The notes beneath the pieces were generated by a model. It saw nothing but the letters and a program-made list of their open reading frames with translations, was not told the DNA's origin and searched no databases. A DNA stretch of 64,000 bases from Clostridiales bacterium (lineage in GTDB: Bacteria; Bacillota; Clostridia; Oscillospirales; CAG-272), in NCBI GenBank assembly GCA_022800625.1, contig JAAWQR010000004.1, positions 24,678 through 88,677 of the forward strand. The letters are read 5' to 3'. Of this stretch, positions 49,076-59,025 are shown one piece after another; within the stretch, counting starts at the first letter, position 1; each line of letters begins with the position of its first letter. The translations under genes and the position numbers were made by a program.

Positions 49076-51022
49076 ATGGAGATTGCTATGAAAGACGAAA
49101 AATATCTGTCCCTCCTGTCCTCGGAATACCCCACGGTCAGCTCGGCGGCAGCGGAGATCATAGGAATTAACGCCAGACGCAGCCTTCCGAAAACCACAGA
49201 ATATTTTTTCAGCGATCTTCACGGAGAACATGAATCATTTCTGTACCAGCTCCGCAGTGCTTCGGGTACTATAAAATTTAAAATCGACGACATATTTTCA
49301 AAAAGCGTATCGGCAAGCGAGCGCGAAAGTCTTGCAGATCTTATCTATTACCCTGAGGATTATATCAAAAATCTCAGCCGAGCCGACAGACTTGACGATG
49401 AATGGCGCAAGATCACAATATACCGCATGATTCTTGTATGCAAGACTGTTTCGGCTAAATATACACGCGCCGAGGTAAGAAGCAAAATGCCCGAAAGCTT
49501 CGGATATGTGCTCGACGAGCTACTCAATGTTACCGACGACATAAACCGCGATTTTTATTATGAAGAAATAATAAGAACGGTTATAGAAACCGGAATTGCA
49601 GATGATTTTATCATTGAAATGGCTTCTCTCATACGTGCGCTGACAGTCGGAAGGCTTCACATAATCGGAGACGTATTCGACCGCGGTCCGAGAGCAGACA
49701 AAATAATGAACGAGCTTTCCTCCTTTAAGCATATTGATTTTCAGTGGGGAAATCACGATGTATCTTGGATGGGTGCGGCGTCCGGAAATACCGCTCTTAT
49801 TGCAAATGTTATAAGGATCGCCCTGAGTTATAACAGCCTTGATGTGCTTGAGGACGGATACGGACTAAACCTTCGTCCGCTGTCGGTATTTGCCGCCGAA
49901 ACATATGCGGATGACAGGTGCGGTCTGTTTATGCCGAAAACGCTTGACGACGTAAAATTTGATTTTATTGACTCAAGTCTCACTGCAAAAATGCACAAAG
50001 CGATCGCCGTCATTCAGTTAAAGCTTGAATGCGATATGATCCGTCGTCATCCGGAATACGGAATGGATGATCGGGCAATCTTTGAAAAAATAGATTTTAA
50101 GAGCGGAACTCTGACTCTCGGACAGAAAACATACAAACTGCTTGATAATAATTTTCCGACGGTCGATCCCGCAGATCCCGCAAAACTCACGGAAAAGGAA
50201 GCAGAGCTTATGCGTGTTCTCCTTAGTTCTTTTCATCACAGCAGACTTCTGAATGAGCATATACGTTTCCTTTATTCTCACGGATCAATGTACAAACTGT
50301 GCAACGGAAATGTGCTCTACCACGGCTGTATACCCATGAACGACGACGGCACGTTCAGATACGGAAAAACTCCCGAAGGAGAATTTTTCGGACGCGAGCT
50401 GCTTGACCGTACAGAACGCATAATAAGGCGTGCTTATTTTTCCAAGTATGGCTCAGATGAGCAAAGGGAAGCATGCGACTATATGTGGTATTTGTGGTGC
50501 GGTAAGGATTCTCCTCTCTTCGGAAAAGACAAGCTTGCATTTGCCGAGAGAACCTTCCTTGAAAAGAATATTCCCGAATCTGTTGAAAACTACGATCCGT
50601 ATTATACCGTCAGCCATTCGGAAGACACATGCAGACTTATCCTTTCAGAGTTCGGACTTGATCCCGAACGCGGTCACATTATAAATGGTCATGTTCCCGT
50701 TCATCACAGCGAAGGAGAAAGTCCCGTAAAAGCCGGAGGCAGACTTTTTGTCATCGACGGCGGAATTTCAAAAGCATACAGATCTAAAACAGGAATTGCA
50801 GGCTATACTCTGATATTTGACTCTCACAGCTTACAGCTTGCCGAGCATCGCCCTGCGGAAAACGGAATTTTCAAAACGCCTAAAATCCGTGTAGTCGAAA
50901 AATTAGAACGCAGATTTAACGTATCGGACACCGACAATGGAGCAGAACTTTACGAGAAATCACGCGATCTGTCAAGGCTTATCGAAGCTTACCGCAGCGG
51001 AGAGGTGCCCGAAAAAGCATAA
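49076..51022 (+). CDS. fbp: Class 3 (Firmicute-type) fructose-1,6-bisphosphatase
   Basis: FFSDLHGE, HIIGDVFDRG, QWGNHD, LYHGCIP, IINGHVPV, IDGG.SKAY; start may be 49088. Confidence 0.95.
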   Translation: MEIAMKDEKYLSLLSSEYPTVSSAAAEIIGINARRSLPKTTEYFFSDLHGEHESFLYQLRSASGTIKFKIDDIFSKSVSASERESLADLIYYPEDYIKNLSRADRLDDEWRKITIYRMILVCKTVSAKYTRAEVRSKMPESFGYVLDELLNVTDDINRDFYYEEIIRTVIETGIADDFIIEMASLIRALTVGRLHIIGDVFDRGPRADKIMNELSSFKHIDFQWGNHDVSWMGAASGNTALIANVIRIALSYNSLDVLEDGYGLNLRPLSVFAAETYADDRCGLFMPKTLDDVKFDFIDSSLTAKMHKAIAVIQLKLECDMIRRHPEYGMDDRAIFEKIDFKSGTLTLGQKTYKLLDNNFPTVDPADPAKLTEKEAELMRVLLSSFHHSRLLNEHIRFLYSHGSMYKLCNGNVLYHGCIPMNDDGTFRYGKTPEGEFFGRELLDRTERIIRRAYFSKYGSDEQREACDYMWYLWCGKDSPLFGKDKLAFAERTFLEKNIPESVENYDPYYTVSHSEDTCRLILSEFGLDPERGHIINGHVPVHHSEGESPVKAGGRLFVIDGGISKAYRSKTGIAGYTLIFDSHSLQLAEHRPAENGIFKTPKIRVVEKLERRFNVSDTDNGAELYEKSRDLSRLIEAYRSGEVPEKA

Positions 51023-51062
51023 TATTTAAAATCGTCATGACAGCTTATATCATCTCACTCTA

Positions 51063-51091
51063 TTGACGGGCGGCAGAAATACTGATATAAT
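51063..51091 (+). promoter_or_regulatory. Extended sigma-A promoter for the hlyIII-JAB-tsaE-tsaB-rpiB run
   Basis: TTGACG-17-TATAAT with TG extension. Confidence 0.75.
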
Positions 51092-51125
51092 AAATGTATT
51101 AAAACATTGAAAGGCGCTCATTTTT

Positions 51126-51797
51126 ATGAAACGCACAAAGCTTGCCGACAGAATTCTCCCGAATTATTCAAAGGGAGAAGAAATATTCAATATGACATCG
51201 CACATCGTAGGAGGTGCGCTTGGAATCGCGTATCTTACGCTTTGCGTAATAATAGCGGCGCTCAGAGAAAATGTATGGGGCGTTGTGTCATCTGCAATAT
51301 ACGGCGCATCGGTAGTCGCTCTTTTTACAATGTCAAGCGTATATCACGGGGTAAAACCCGAAGGCGCTAAAAAAGTGCTTCAAGTCATAGATCACTGCAC
51401 GATCTATTTTATGATAGCAGGTACATATACTCCGTTTACGCTGTGTACCCTGCGCAGTATATCACAGCCGCTCGGCTGGACCGTCTTCGGATTTATTTGG
51501 GGAATGACAGCACTTGCCGTAACCTTTACCGCGATAGATCTGAAAAAATATAAGAAGTTTTCCATGGCATGTTACATCGGCATGGGCTGGTGTATAATAC
51601 TTACGGCAGGAAAGCTCTTCCGTGAGCTAGGAACTGCGGGAACGGTGTTTCTGCTCGGCGGCGGCATAATGTACACGATAGGCGCTGTGCTCTACGCACT
51701 CGGAAAGAAAAAGAAATACATACACTCGCTCTTTCACATATTTGTAGTGCTTGCAAGTCTGATGCACTTTTTCTGCATAATTTTCTATGTACTCTGA
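51126..51797 (+). CDS. Haemolysin III / PAQR-family membrane protein
   Basis: EE.FN..SH, SSVYHG, DHCTIYFMIAGTYTP, HSLFHIFV. Confidence 0.93.
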   Translation: MKRTKLADRILPNYSKGEEIFNMTSHIVGGALGIAYLTLCVIIAALRENVWGVVSSAIYGASVVALFTMSSVYHGVKPEGAKKVLQVIDHCTIYFMIAGTYTPFTLCTLRSISQPLGWTVFGFIWGMTALAVTFTAIDLKKYKKFSMACYIGMGWCIILTAGKLFRELGTAGTVFLLGGGIMYTIGAVLYALGKKKKYIHSLFHIFVVLASLMHFFCIIFYVL

Positions 51798-52272
51798 TTA
51801 TATGTTAATCGGCAGAACCATCACCGAAGATAATGCGGCACCGTTCAGAATCGCGTCTTTAGCCGCAGCGCATATAAAAGACGGAACAATTTTTAAATCG
51901 CGCGAAGCTGTCGGATATGCCGTTACTTTTATGATGCTTCATGAAAGAGCAGGCACGGCATACATGCTTTTATTCGACAAGTCTCACAGAATAATTAAAA
52001 TCGTGCGCTTAAAATCAGGGCACGGTAAAGCAAAAACCGATATAACCGCGGCAATAGACAGAGAAGTGTCGAATACCGCAGCGTCATACTTTGTACTCGT
52101 ACACAATCATAAAAATTCGCCGCTTGTACCGTCAAATGAAGATATGCTTCTTACCGAAAAGCTTTACGAAAAATACAGCGGCGGGAAAATAAAATTTTCC
52201 GAACACTATATAGTATCCGGACTCAGTTATATCACGCTTGTTGGCGGAAAAAGGCAAAAGTCATATATGTAA
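51787..52272 (+). CDS. Stand-alone RadC-like JAB/MPN-domain protein
   Basis: HNHKNSPLVPSNED = HxH-x7-S-x2-D; LLFD and EHYIV strands in RadC positions. Confidence 0.7.
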   Translation: MYSDYMLIGRTITEDNAAPFRIASLAAAHIKDGTIFKSREAVGYAVTFMMLHERAGTAYMLLFDKSHRIIKIVRLKSGHGKAKTDITAAIDREVSNTAASYFVLVHNHKNSPLVPSNEDMLLTEKLYEKYSGGKIKFSEHYIVSGLSYITLVGGKRQKSYM

Positions 52273-52323
52273 TTGCCGCCGTTTCAGGCTGCACAATTTG
52301 ACAGAAAGGCTTCATAAACAAAA

Positions 52324-52794
52324 ATGTTTTCCTATAAAACTTCCGCTCCGGAAGAAACCTCCTCGCTCGGTAAAGCATTGGCTTGTCGTATTGAACATAC
52401 GATAAAATCAAATGATGCAATGCCGTTCGTGGCTATGTACGGAGACCTCGGAGTCGGAAAAACCGAATTCACACGCGGCTTTGTTTCTCATCTATCCCCC
52501 GGAAGCCGCGTTAAAAGTCCCACTTATACAATTGTAAACGAATATTTGAAGGGAAAGATTCCCGTATATCATTTTGATTTTTACAGAATCGAAAATCCCG
52601 CAGAGCTTGACGGAATCGGATTTGAGGACTACACCGAAAGAGGAATATGTATTGCCGAATGGTGCGAAAGGCTTAAAGACTCCGATCTTCCGAAAGATAT
52701 TATAGAAGTACACATTGCAAGACTTGATGATGGCTCACGCCGAATTAAAATTCACGGTGCGGCTGATTTTGAGCTATGTGTGCAGAATACATAA
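52324..52794 (+). CDS. tsaE: t6A biosynthesis ATPase
   Basis: GDLGVGKTEF, VKSPTYTIVNEY, YHFDFYRI, EWCE. Confidence 0.96.
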   Translation: MFSYKTSAPEETSSLGKALACRIEHTIKSNDAMPFVAMYGDLGVGKTEFTRGFVSHLSPGSRVKSPTYTIVNEYLKGKIPVYHFDFYRIENPAELDGIGFEDYTERGICIAEWCERLKDSDLPKDIIEVHIARLDDGSRRIKIHGAADFELCVQNT

Positions 52795-52807
52795 GGACAC
52801 GGTAAAA

Positions 52808-53587
52808 ATGCGGACTTTAGGATTTGATTCAACATCAGCCGTAGTAACGGCTGCGCTGATACATGACGGAGAGATTGAATCTGTTTTCTCGGCGCATTCA
52901 AATAACATGCACAGTACAACACTTCTTCCGACAATCGAAGGACTGCTGAAGCTCGCGGGAATTAAAGTCTCAGAACTCTCGCTTATCTCATGTACTACAG
53001 GTCCCGGCTCATTTACGGGAGTCAGGATCGGCACGTCTACAGCCAAAGGGCTTGCAGCGCCTCACAACATCCCATGTATCGGAGTATCTTCTCTTGCAGC
53101 TATGGCTGAAATATTTGCTGAAATTAGAGGACTTATATGTCCTATGATCGATGCAAGACGCGGAAATGTATACAGCGCAGTATTTTATTCTGACGGAAAC
53201 GGAATTCCCGTCAGATTAAAAGAGGATTCACTTGTAGCGCGGGATGAACTTCCGAGCCTTATTGAAGAGGTGGCAACGTTTAGTGGTATTTCAGGTGAGA
53301 CGCTGTATTTTACAGGTGACGGAGCAGATGCTGCATACATTTCGGCACATAAGCGCGGCTCTGAAATATTTACTCCGTCACAAGCTCCGATGCTGCTAAA
53401 AATGCAGAACGGATACGGCGCGGCAAAGCTCGGCGAACGGATATATAAAGATGCTGAAAAATCAAGTGCAGACATGTCAATATTTGACAGTGCAAAGCTT
53501 GTTCCCGTGTATCTCAGAAAATCTCAGGCTGAGCGCGAACGTGATGAAAAAACTGCCGGTAATAATCTACAGGCAGAAATCAGATAA
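52808..53587 (+). CDS. tsaB: t6A biosynthesis protein TsaB
   Basis: GFDSTS, HSTTLLPTIE, GPGSFTGVRIG, IDARRGNVY, PVYLRKSQAERE. Confidence 0.95.
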   Translation: MRTLGFDSTSAVVTAALIHDGEIESVFSAHSNNMHSTTLLPTIEGLLKLAGIKVSELSLISCTTGPGSFTGVRIGTSTAKGLAAPHNIPCIGVSSLAAMAEIFAEIRGLICPMIDARRGNVYSAVFYSDGNGIPVRLKEDSLVARDELPSLIEEVATFSGISGETLYFTGDGADAAYISAHKRGSEIFTPSQAPMLLKMQNGYGAAKLGERIYKDAEKSSADMSIFDSAKLVPVYLRKSQAERERDEKTAGNNLQAEIR

Positions 53588-53611
53588 ATATTATTAAAAG
53601 GGTGGAATGTT

Positions 53612-54064
53612 ATGGATAACAACAAAATCACAATAGCGCTTGCAGCAGATCATGCGGGATTTCCGCTGAAGGAAGCAATCGCGGCTCATCTTGCAGAGCG
53701 CGGAATTGATTACATCGACTGCGGTACTGACAGCTCGGAAAGCTGTGATTACCCCGATTATGCGGTGTCGGGATGCAGCAAGGTTCTCGACGGATCGGCT
53801 GATCTTACAATTCTGTGCTGCGGAACGGGAATCGGCATGAGCATGGCGGCAAATAAGATGCGCGGAATACGCGCGGCTTGCTGTTCCGATGTTTTCAGCG
53901 CAAAATATACAAGACTTCATAACAACGCAAATGTTCTTTGTCTCGGCGCGCGCGTTGTCGGCACAGGTCTTGCATGTGAGCTTGTAGATGTGTTTATCGA
54001 CTCGGATTTTGAAGGCGGTAAGCATCTTCGCCGTATCAATATGATATCCGAACTTGAGGGATAA
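53612..54064 (+). CDS. rpiB: Ribose-5-phosphate isomerase B
   Basis: ADHAGF, DYPD, CGTGIG, ANK..GIRAA, HNNANVLCLGAR, GGKH.RR. Confidence 0.96.
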   Translation: MDNNKITIALAADHAGFPLKEAIAAHLAERGIDYIDCGTDSSESCDYPDYAVSGCSKVLDGSADLTILCCGTGIGMSMAANKMRGIRAACCSDVFSAKYTRLHNNANVLCLGARVVGTGLACELVDVFIDSDFEGGKHLRRINMISELEG

Positions 54065-54076
54065 TATAAGAAACAA

Positions 54077-54112
54077 AAGGCTATGCAGTATATGTAATCT
54101 CTGCATAGCCTT
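54077..54112. terminator. Bidirectional terminator
   Basis: aaggctatgcag/ctgcatagcctt between convergent rpiB and miaA. Confidence 0.8.
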
Positions 54113-54115
54113 ATT

Positions 54116-55135
54116 TTATTCTTTTATAAAGCGTTCAAGATTCGGCTCAATAGAACCACACAGCTCTTCACATGACATAACTCTTCCGTCTTTATCGGGA
54201 ATCAATCTCAGTGAATCGTACCTTTTAAACCACGTAATCTGCCTTTTGGCGTAATTTCGTGAGTTCTTTTTTATAAGCTCCGCTGCCGCATCGACTGATA
54301 TCTCCCCTCTCAGGCATGATAGTATTTCTTTGTATCCGATTGCCTGAGCCGCTGTAGTACCGGCAATAAGCTTTTCTCTTGCATACAAAGATTTTACCTC
54401 GTTATAAAGTCCTGAATTCATCATAATATCAACTCTGCGGTCTATGCGGGAATAAAGCATTTTTCTGTCGGCATAATCGAGATTTATAATCAGCGCATCA
54501 TACGGAGAGCTTCCCTCTCGCGTCATTCTGTCCGTCTCGGTTTTTGTAAGTCCTGTTGTCAGGTAAATTTCAATTGCGCGTGCGACACGTTTGATGTTAT
54601 TCGGGTGGATATTCTCTGCCGAATAGGGATCAATCTCGCGCAGTCTTGCATGAAGCGCCTCTGCGCCGTTTTGCTCCGCGAATTCCAGCAAAGACCGACG
54701 GATCTTGTACATATCCTCATCAGACGTGGAATTTTCCGAAAATGAGGTTGGGCGAAGGAGCGAATCAAGGTACATTCCCGTACCTCCGCAGATAATGGGA
54801 ACATGTCCGCGCGAGGTGATCTCTGATATTTTAATACTTGCCTCGTCGGAAAAATCAGCCGCCGAGTAATTATCCGTAGGCTCGCACACATTTATCATAT
54901 GATGCGGAACTTTGCGCATTTCTTCTTTTGTCGGCTTTGCCGTACCGATATCCATTCCGCGGTATATCTGCATGGAATCGCAGGACACTATCTCTCCGCT
55001 CAGTTTTTCTGCAATTTCCACAGCTAATGCAGATTTCCCCGATGCGGTTGCGCCTGTTACAGCTATAATTTTTGGCTTATCTTTTTGACTGTCTCCCGTA
55101 ACGCCCGTTACGGCTATCATTTTTGGTTTATCCAT
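54116..55135 (-). CDS. miaA: tRNA dimethylallyltransferase, with duplicated N-terminus
   Basis: GATASGKS, DSMQIYRGMDIGTAKP, GGTGMY, HPNN..RV.RA.E, AIGYKE, YAKRQ.TWF. Confidence 0.97.
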   Translation of the reverse strand: MDKPKMIAVTGVTGDSQKDKPKIIAVTGATASGKSALAVEIAEKLSGEIVSCDSMQIYRGMDIGTAKPTKEEMRKVPHHMINVCEPTDNYSAADFSDEASIKISEITSRGHVPIICGGTGMYLDSLLRPTSFSENSTSDEDMYKIRRSLLEFAEQNGAEALHARLREIDPYSAENIHPNNIKRVARAIEIYLTTGLTKTETDRMTREGSSPYDALIINLDYADRKMLYSRIDRRVDIMMNSGLYNEVKSLYAREKLIAGTTAAQAIGYKEILSCLRGEISVDAAAELIKKNSRNYAKRQITWFKRYDSLRLIPDKDGRVMSCEELCGSIEPNLERFIKE

Positions 55136-55817
55136 CTACTTTCTCCGCAAAGTCTATCAGTTGTTTTAAATTATTTATACTCCATTTGTCGGAAGATTCG
55201 CCGCTCCTATCTATCAGAAAAGAGGTAAATCCCTGCTCTCTTGCACCATCTGCTTCAGGCTTATAATCATCAACGTATAAGCTTTCATTCGCTGAAACAC
55301 CCTGCGCGCTCAACGCCGCATTAAATATAATAGGACTCGGCTTTCCCGCACCCACAAGCGAGCTTGCAGTAAATGAAGTAAAATATTCCGCAATGCCGAG
55401 CCTCTCTAAAGTAAGCTTCAAGGAGGGAGAAGTATCGCTTATAACTCCCATTTTGTATCCGTGACTTTTGAAATATTCTAACACCTCAACAGTTTCAGAG
55501 AACAAAGCACGATCATTATTGCACCAAAGCTCACTGAACAGTTTCTCAGCTCTTTCGGATATGCTTTCCGTTACTCCTTCACCGATCAGCAAATGTCTGT
55601 AAAATCGTCTGAAGAAATCACGCTCATCGTCAACTGTTTTATACCACGGACTTCTGCCCTCGCTTGCAAGATCAAACAGCCTCGTCATTTTTTCATACGG
55701 CAATTCAAACTGTTTGCCGCTCCATTCACTGATAATATTGTCTCGCCATGCTTCTTTTTCAGGGTTAAAATATGTTAAAGTTCCGTCTCGGTCAAAAAAT
55801 ATTGCTTTATATTTCAT
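55128..55817 (-). CDS. HAD-superfamily hydrolase
   Basis: DRDGTL, ISDT, GKPSP.IF, YVDD motifs. Confidence 0.88.
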   Translation of the reverse strand: MKYKAIFFDRDGTLTYFNPEKEAWRDNIISEWSGKQFELPYEKMTRLFDLASEGRSPWYKTVDDERDFFRRFYRHLLIGEGVTESISERAEKLFSELWCNNDRALFSETVEVLEYFKSHGYKMGVISDTSPSLKLTLERLGIAEYFTSFTASSLVGAGKPSPIIFNAALSAQGVSANESLYVDDYKPEADGAREQGFTSFLIDRSGESSDKWSINNLKQLIDFAEKVDG

Positions 55818-55833
55818 GATAAGCTCTCTCTTT

Positions 55834-56289
55834 TCACTTCACACATTCTTTCCATTCACCGTTTTCCCTGTATAAATATATCTCGCTGAGCTTGTCTTCC
55901 ATAAAAAACTTAGGATAACTTTCCATCCCGTCGGCAAGGTCAAGTTCATAAAACTTATTCATCGGAACCCACATGATCTCTCCTTCATCGGAAGATCTAA
56001 GCTCTCCTTCAAACTTATTCGTTTTATATAAATGAACTATGTATCTTATGCCGTCCTCGCGCACCCAGTCCTTGATTCCGCACATTTGAAGCTCTGACAC
56101 GGTAAGTCCCGTTTCCTCATACACTTCTCTGATTACAGCGTCAGTAAAGCTCTCGCCGCGCTCTACATGACCGCCCGGAAACGCGAATCCGTGCCAGTTT
56201 TTATCTACACGATTCTGCACTACAACATTGCCGCAATCGTCGTATATCATACACATGTTTGTTAGAATAACTTTTTCTGTGTTCTCCAT
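55834..56289 (-). CDS. NUDIX hydrolase (MutT-like)
   Basis: Nudix box GGHVERGESFTDAVIREVYEETGL. Confidence 0.92.
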   Translation of the reverse strand: MENTEKVILTNMCMIYDDCGNVVVQNRVDKNWHGFAFPGGHVERGESFTDAVIREVYEETGLTVSELQMCGIKDWVREDGIRYIVHLYKTNKFEGELRSSDEGEIMWVPMNKFYELDLADGMESYPKFFMEDKLSEIYLYRENGEWKECVK

Positions 56290-56329
56290 AATATCTCCAA
56301 TATTTCACAAAATCATCACATCAAAAAAT

Positions 56330-57667
56330 CTATAGTCCCATTTCCCTAAGCTCCGACACAAGACCCACATAAAATTCTCTCACGTCAAAGCCTGAAATGT
56401 TTTCTCTGTTGAGGTCTATCATATCTCCGTGAGAAATACCCCTCACCCCATTCGTTTCGCAGAAGATATGTCTGTCTCCCCAACGCATGGCAGATTCACT
56501 TACAAGTCCGTCGTTTGAACCGTCAAAATATTTGACAAGAGGATATGTAAAATTTAGAGGAAACTTACCTCCGCCGGCTTTGTTCAGCTTTGAACCGACG
56601 CTTTGACAGAAAAATCCGACTTGTTTCGGCATTTCTGCTGTAAGCTCGGCACAGCGTGAGGCGGTAAGGTCTTTAACCGCAGCCTCAAAATCCGGCTCAC
56701 TTTCTCCCAATTTTTTAAGCGTTCCGTTATATGCTTCGGCTATGGCTTTTAAGGATTTATCCGGAACTTTGGCAAGAAGATAATCCGCAAACTCACAACC
56801 GCTGTGAGGTGTGTTTACGGTTGTAAGCGAAGCAATATACTTGTCTGCTCCCAAAAATGCAGCGGCATAACGGCAATCTAAGCCCCCTTTTGAATGGGCA
56901 ATTATATTCACCTTTCGGCATCCGCTCTCCTTTACGATGCTTTCAATTCTCTGCGTCAATTCCTGTGCGCTGTCCGCCACGGACGCTGCTGATCTGTGTT
57001 CCCCATAATATACCTCAGCTCCGTTTTTTATCAGCTCATCCGGAATCCTACCCCAATAATTAAAGAAGCGAAAATCACGGAAAAACACTCCGTGTACCAT
57101 CAGCAAAGGATATTTTGTACAGCATATCATCTCTTTCTCACGGCTTTGGTTCAGCACCACTTTTTTTATCTCAAAATCGACCTCAGCTTCGGTTACTTTT
57201 ACTATTCTTCTCAAAACGATCAGATTCAACACAGGTACCATGCCGCACAAAAGTCCCACCAAACGATGGTGCACTCCCAGCTGCAACGAGGCGGCATACA
57301 CGCTTATCATTCCGTTCCAAAACACCACTGCCTCGGCTGCCGTACACACCGCAGCACTTAATAACCACAGCTGCCATTTTTGCGGCATCAGCCAAAATCC
57401 TGCGACAGCATGATATATCACCGATATAATCAAAGAGCGCACAAAGATCCTGAGACAGTTCGCTCCGTGACCGCATAATCTCAGCCTTTTGCCGGGGTAG
57501 TACCGCCTTGAAAAGGAAGGAATTATATTGACTGCTGCAAACAATATCAGCATGATAGGTATAAAAATATGGTGCCTGTATGCAAGGATAAAGCTATTGG
57601 CGCACAGACATAGTACGACAGTATTTATAATGTCTATAGACGTTCTTTTTTCGTTTGCCGTATTCAT
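56330..57667 (-). CDS. Membrane-anchored lipase/esterase (alpha/beta hydrolase with N-terminal TM bundle)
   Basis: LVHG-type HGVF, AHSKGG nucleophile elbow, NTPH.G, NDGLV, C-terminal H. Confidence 0.85.
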   Translation of the reverse strand: MNTANEKRTSIDIINTVVLCLCANSFILAYRHHIFIPIMLILFAAVNIIPSFSRRYYPGKRLRLCGHGANCLRIFVRSLIISVIYHAVAGFWLMPQKWQLWLLSAAVCTAAEAVVFWNGMISVYAASLQLGVHHRLVGLLCGMVPVLNLIVLRRIVKVTEAEVDFEIKKVVLNQSREKEMICCTKYPLLMVHGVFFRDFRFFNYWGRIPDELIKNGAEVYYGEHRSAASVADSAQELTQRIESIVKESGCRKVNIIAHSKGGLDCRYAAAFLGADKYIASLTTVNTPHSGCEFADYLLAKVPDKSLKAIAEAYNGTLKKLGESEPDFEAAVKDLTASRCAELTAEMPKQVGFFCQSVGSKLNKAGGGKFPLNFTYPLVKYFDGSNDGLVSESAMRWGDRHIFCETNGVRGISHGDMIDLNRENISGFDVREFYVGLVSELREMGL

Positions 57668-57921
57668 TCTTATGACCATGCCTTTCTACACTTTAGCGCA
57701 TATGGCACTAAAGTGGTTATTTGTGTCGGTTTCGCCGCATGCGAAATTCGCCCAGCATCTCCTGCGAAAGGTACAAATCGTGTCTGAAAACAGCTAACAT
57801 CGCTGCCCACGCATTATATTTTCAGACTTCTCTCGCCTCGGAAATCAATATAAAACAGTAATATTTATTTTATTGTCTCCATAAAAGTGCATCTCGTAAA
57901 TTATAGGTTCGCAAAAATCTT

Positions 57922-59025
57922 TTAATTTATAAACATCGCATCCCCAAAACTGAAGAACCTATACTCCATATCAACCGCCGTCTTATATGCTGCAAGCATT
58001 TTATCACGGTCGGCAAATGCCGAAACAAGCATCAGAAGCGTGCTCTCAGGCAGGTGGAAATTCGTGATGAGCGAGTCTGTCGCCTTAAACCTATATCCCG
58101 GATATATAAATATTCCCGTCTCTCCTGTGTAAGGACGAACAAGACCGTCATCTCCCGCAACGCTTTCAAGCACGCGGCATGAGGTCGTGCCGACAGCGAT
58201 CGTTCTGCCGCCTGCAGCCCTTCTCTCATTTATTATTTTTGCCGCATCATCCGTCATACTGATATACTCTGCGTGCATTACGTGATCTGCGATATGTTCC
58301 TCCTTCACGGGACGGAATGTGCCGAGACCTACATGAAGCAAAACTCGTACAACGGCACAGCCTATTTCTTCAATTTTCTTCAGCAGCTCTTCGGTAAAAT
58401 GAAGTCCCGCCGTCGGCGCGGCTGCTGAGCCTGCGGTTTTGGAGTATACCGTCTGATACCTCTCGGGATTGTCAAGCTTCTCGGTAATATACGGCGGAAG
58501 CGGCATGCTTCCGAGATCGTCGAGCGCATCGTAAAGGCTCTGATATGAGCTGTCAGGTACAAGCCTTACTATTCTGCAACCGCCGTCAGATATTCCCTCA
58601 ACGTGTGCGGACAGCTTACCGCCGCCGAATTCTATTACATCTCCGATTTTCGCACGCTTTCCGGGACCTGCAAGCGCTTCCCAACAGTCATTCTCAAGCT
58701 GACGGAGAAGCAAAAGCTCCACAGGAGACGTGCTTCCTGTCGGCACAGCAGCTTCTGCATCTTTATCAAATCTGTATGACCTGTGACCGATAATCCTTGC
58801 AGGAATAACCCGCGTCTCGTTTATCACAAGAGTGTCGCCCGGATTCAGGTAATCTATAATATCATAAAAATGCTTGTGGCTTATCTCTCCGCTTTCTCTG
58901 TCAATGACCATCAGTTTTGACGAGTCGCGCGGCTCGATCGGAGTCTGCGCTATTCTCTCCTGTGGGAGATCATAGTAAAAGTCCGACAGCGTAAGTTTTG
59001 TTTCAGGTAATTCGTTTTTTATCAT
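57922..59025 (-). CDS. queA: S-adenosylmethionine:tRNA ribosyltransferase-isomerase
   Basis: FYYDLP...[58 protein letters not shown]. Confidence 0.98.
   Translation of the reverse strand: MIKNELPETKLTLSDFYYDLPQERIAQTPIEPRDSSKLMVIDRESGEISHKHFYDIIDYLNPGDTLVINETRVIPARIIGHRSYRFDKDAEAAVPTGSTSPVELLLLRQLENDCWEALAGPGKRAKIGDVIEFGGGKLSAHVEGISDGGCRIVRLVPDSSYQSLYDALDDLGSMPLPPYITEKLDNPERYQTVYSKTAGSAAAPTAGLHFTEELLKKIEEIGCAVVRVLLHVGLGTFRPVKEEHIADHVMHAEYISMTDDAAKIINERRAAGGRTIAVGTTSCRVLESVAGDDGLVRPYTGETGIFIYPGYRFKATDSLITNFHLPESTLLMLVSAFADRDKMLAAYKTAVDMEYRFFSFGDAMFIN

Noticed and set aside
51787-52272. JAB protein as CBASS Cap3 or other anti-phage component
   Set aside because: No CD-NTase, E1-E2, ubiquitin-like or effector gene nearby; the context is housekeeping.
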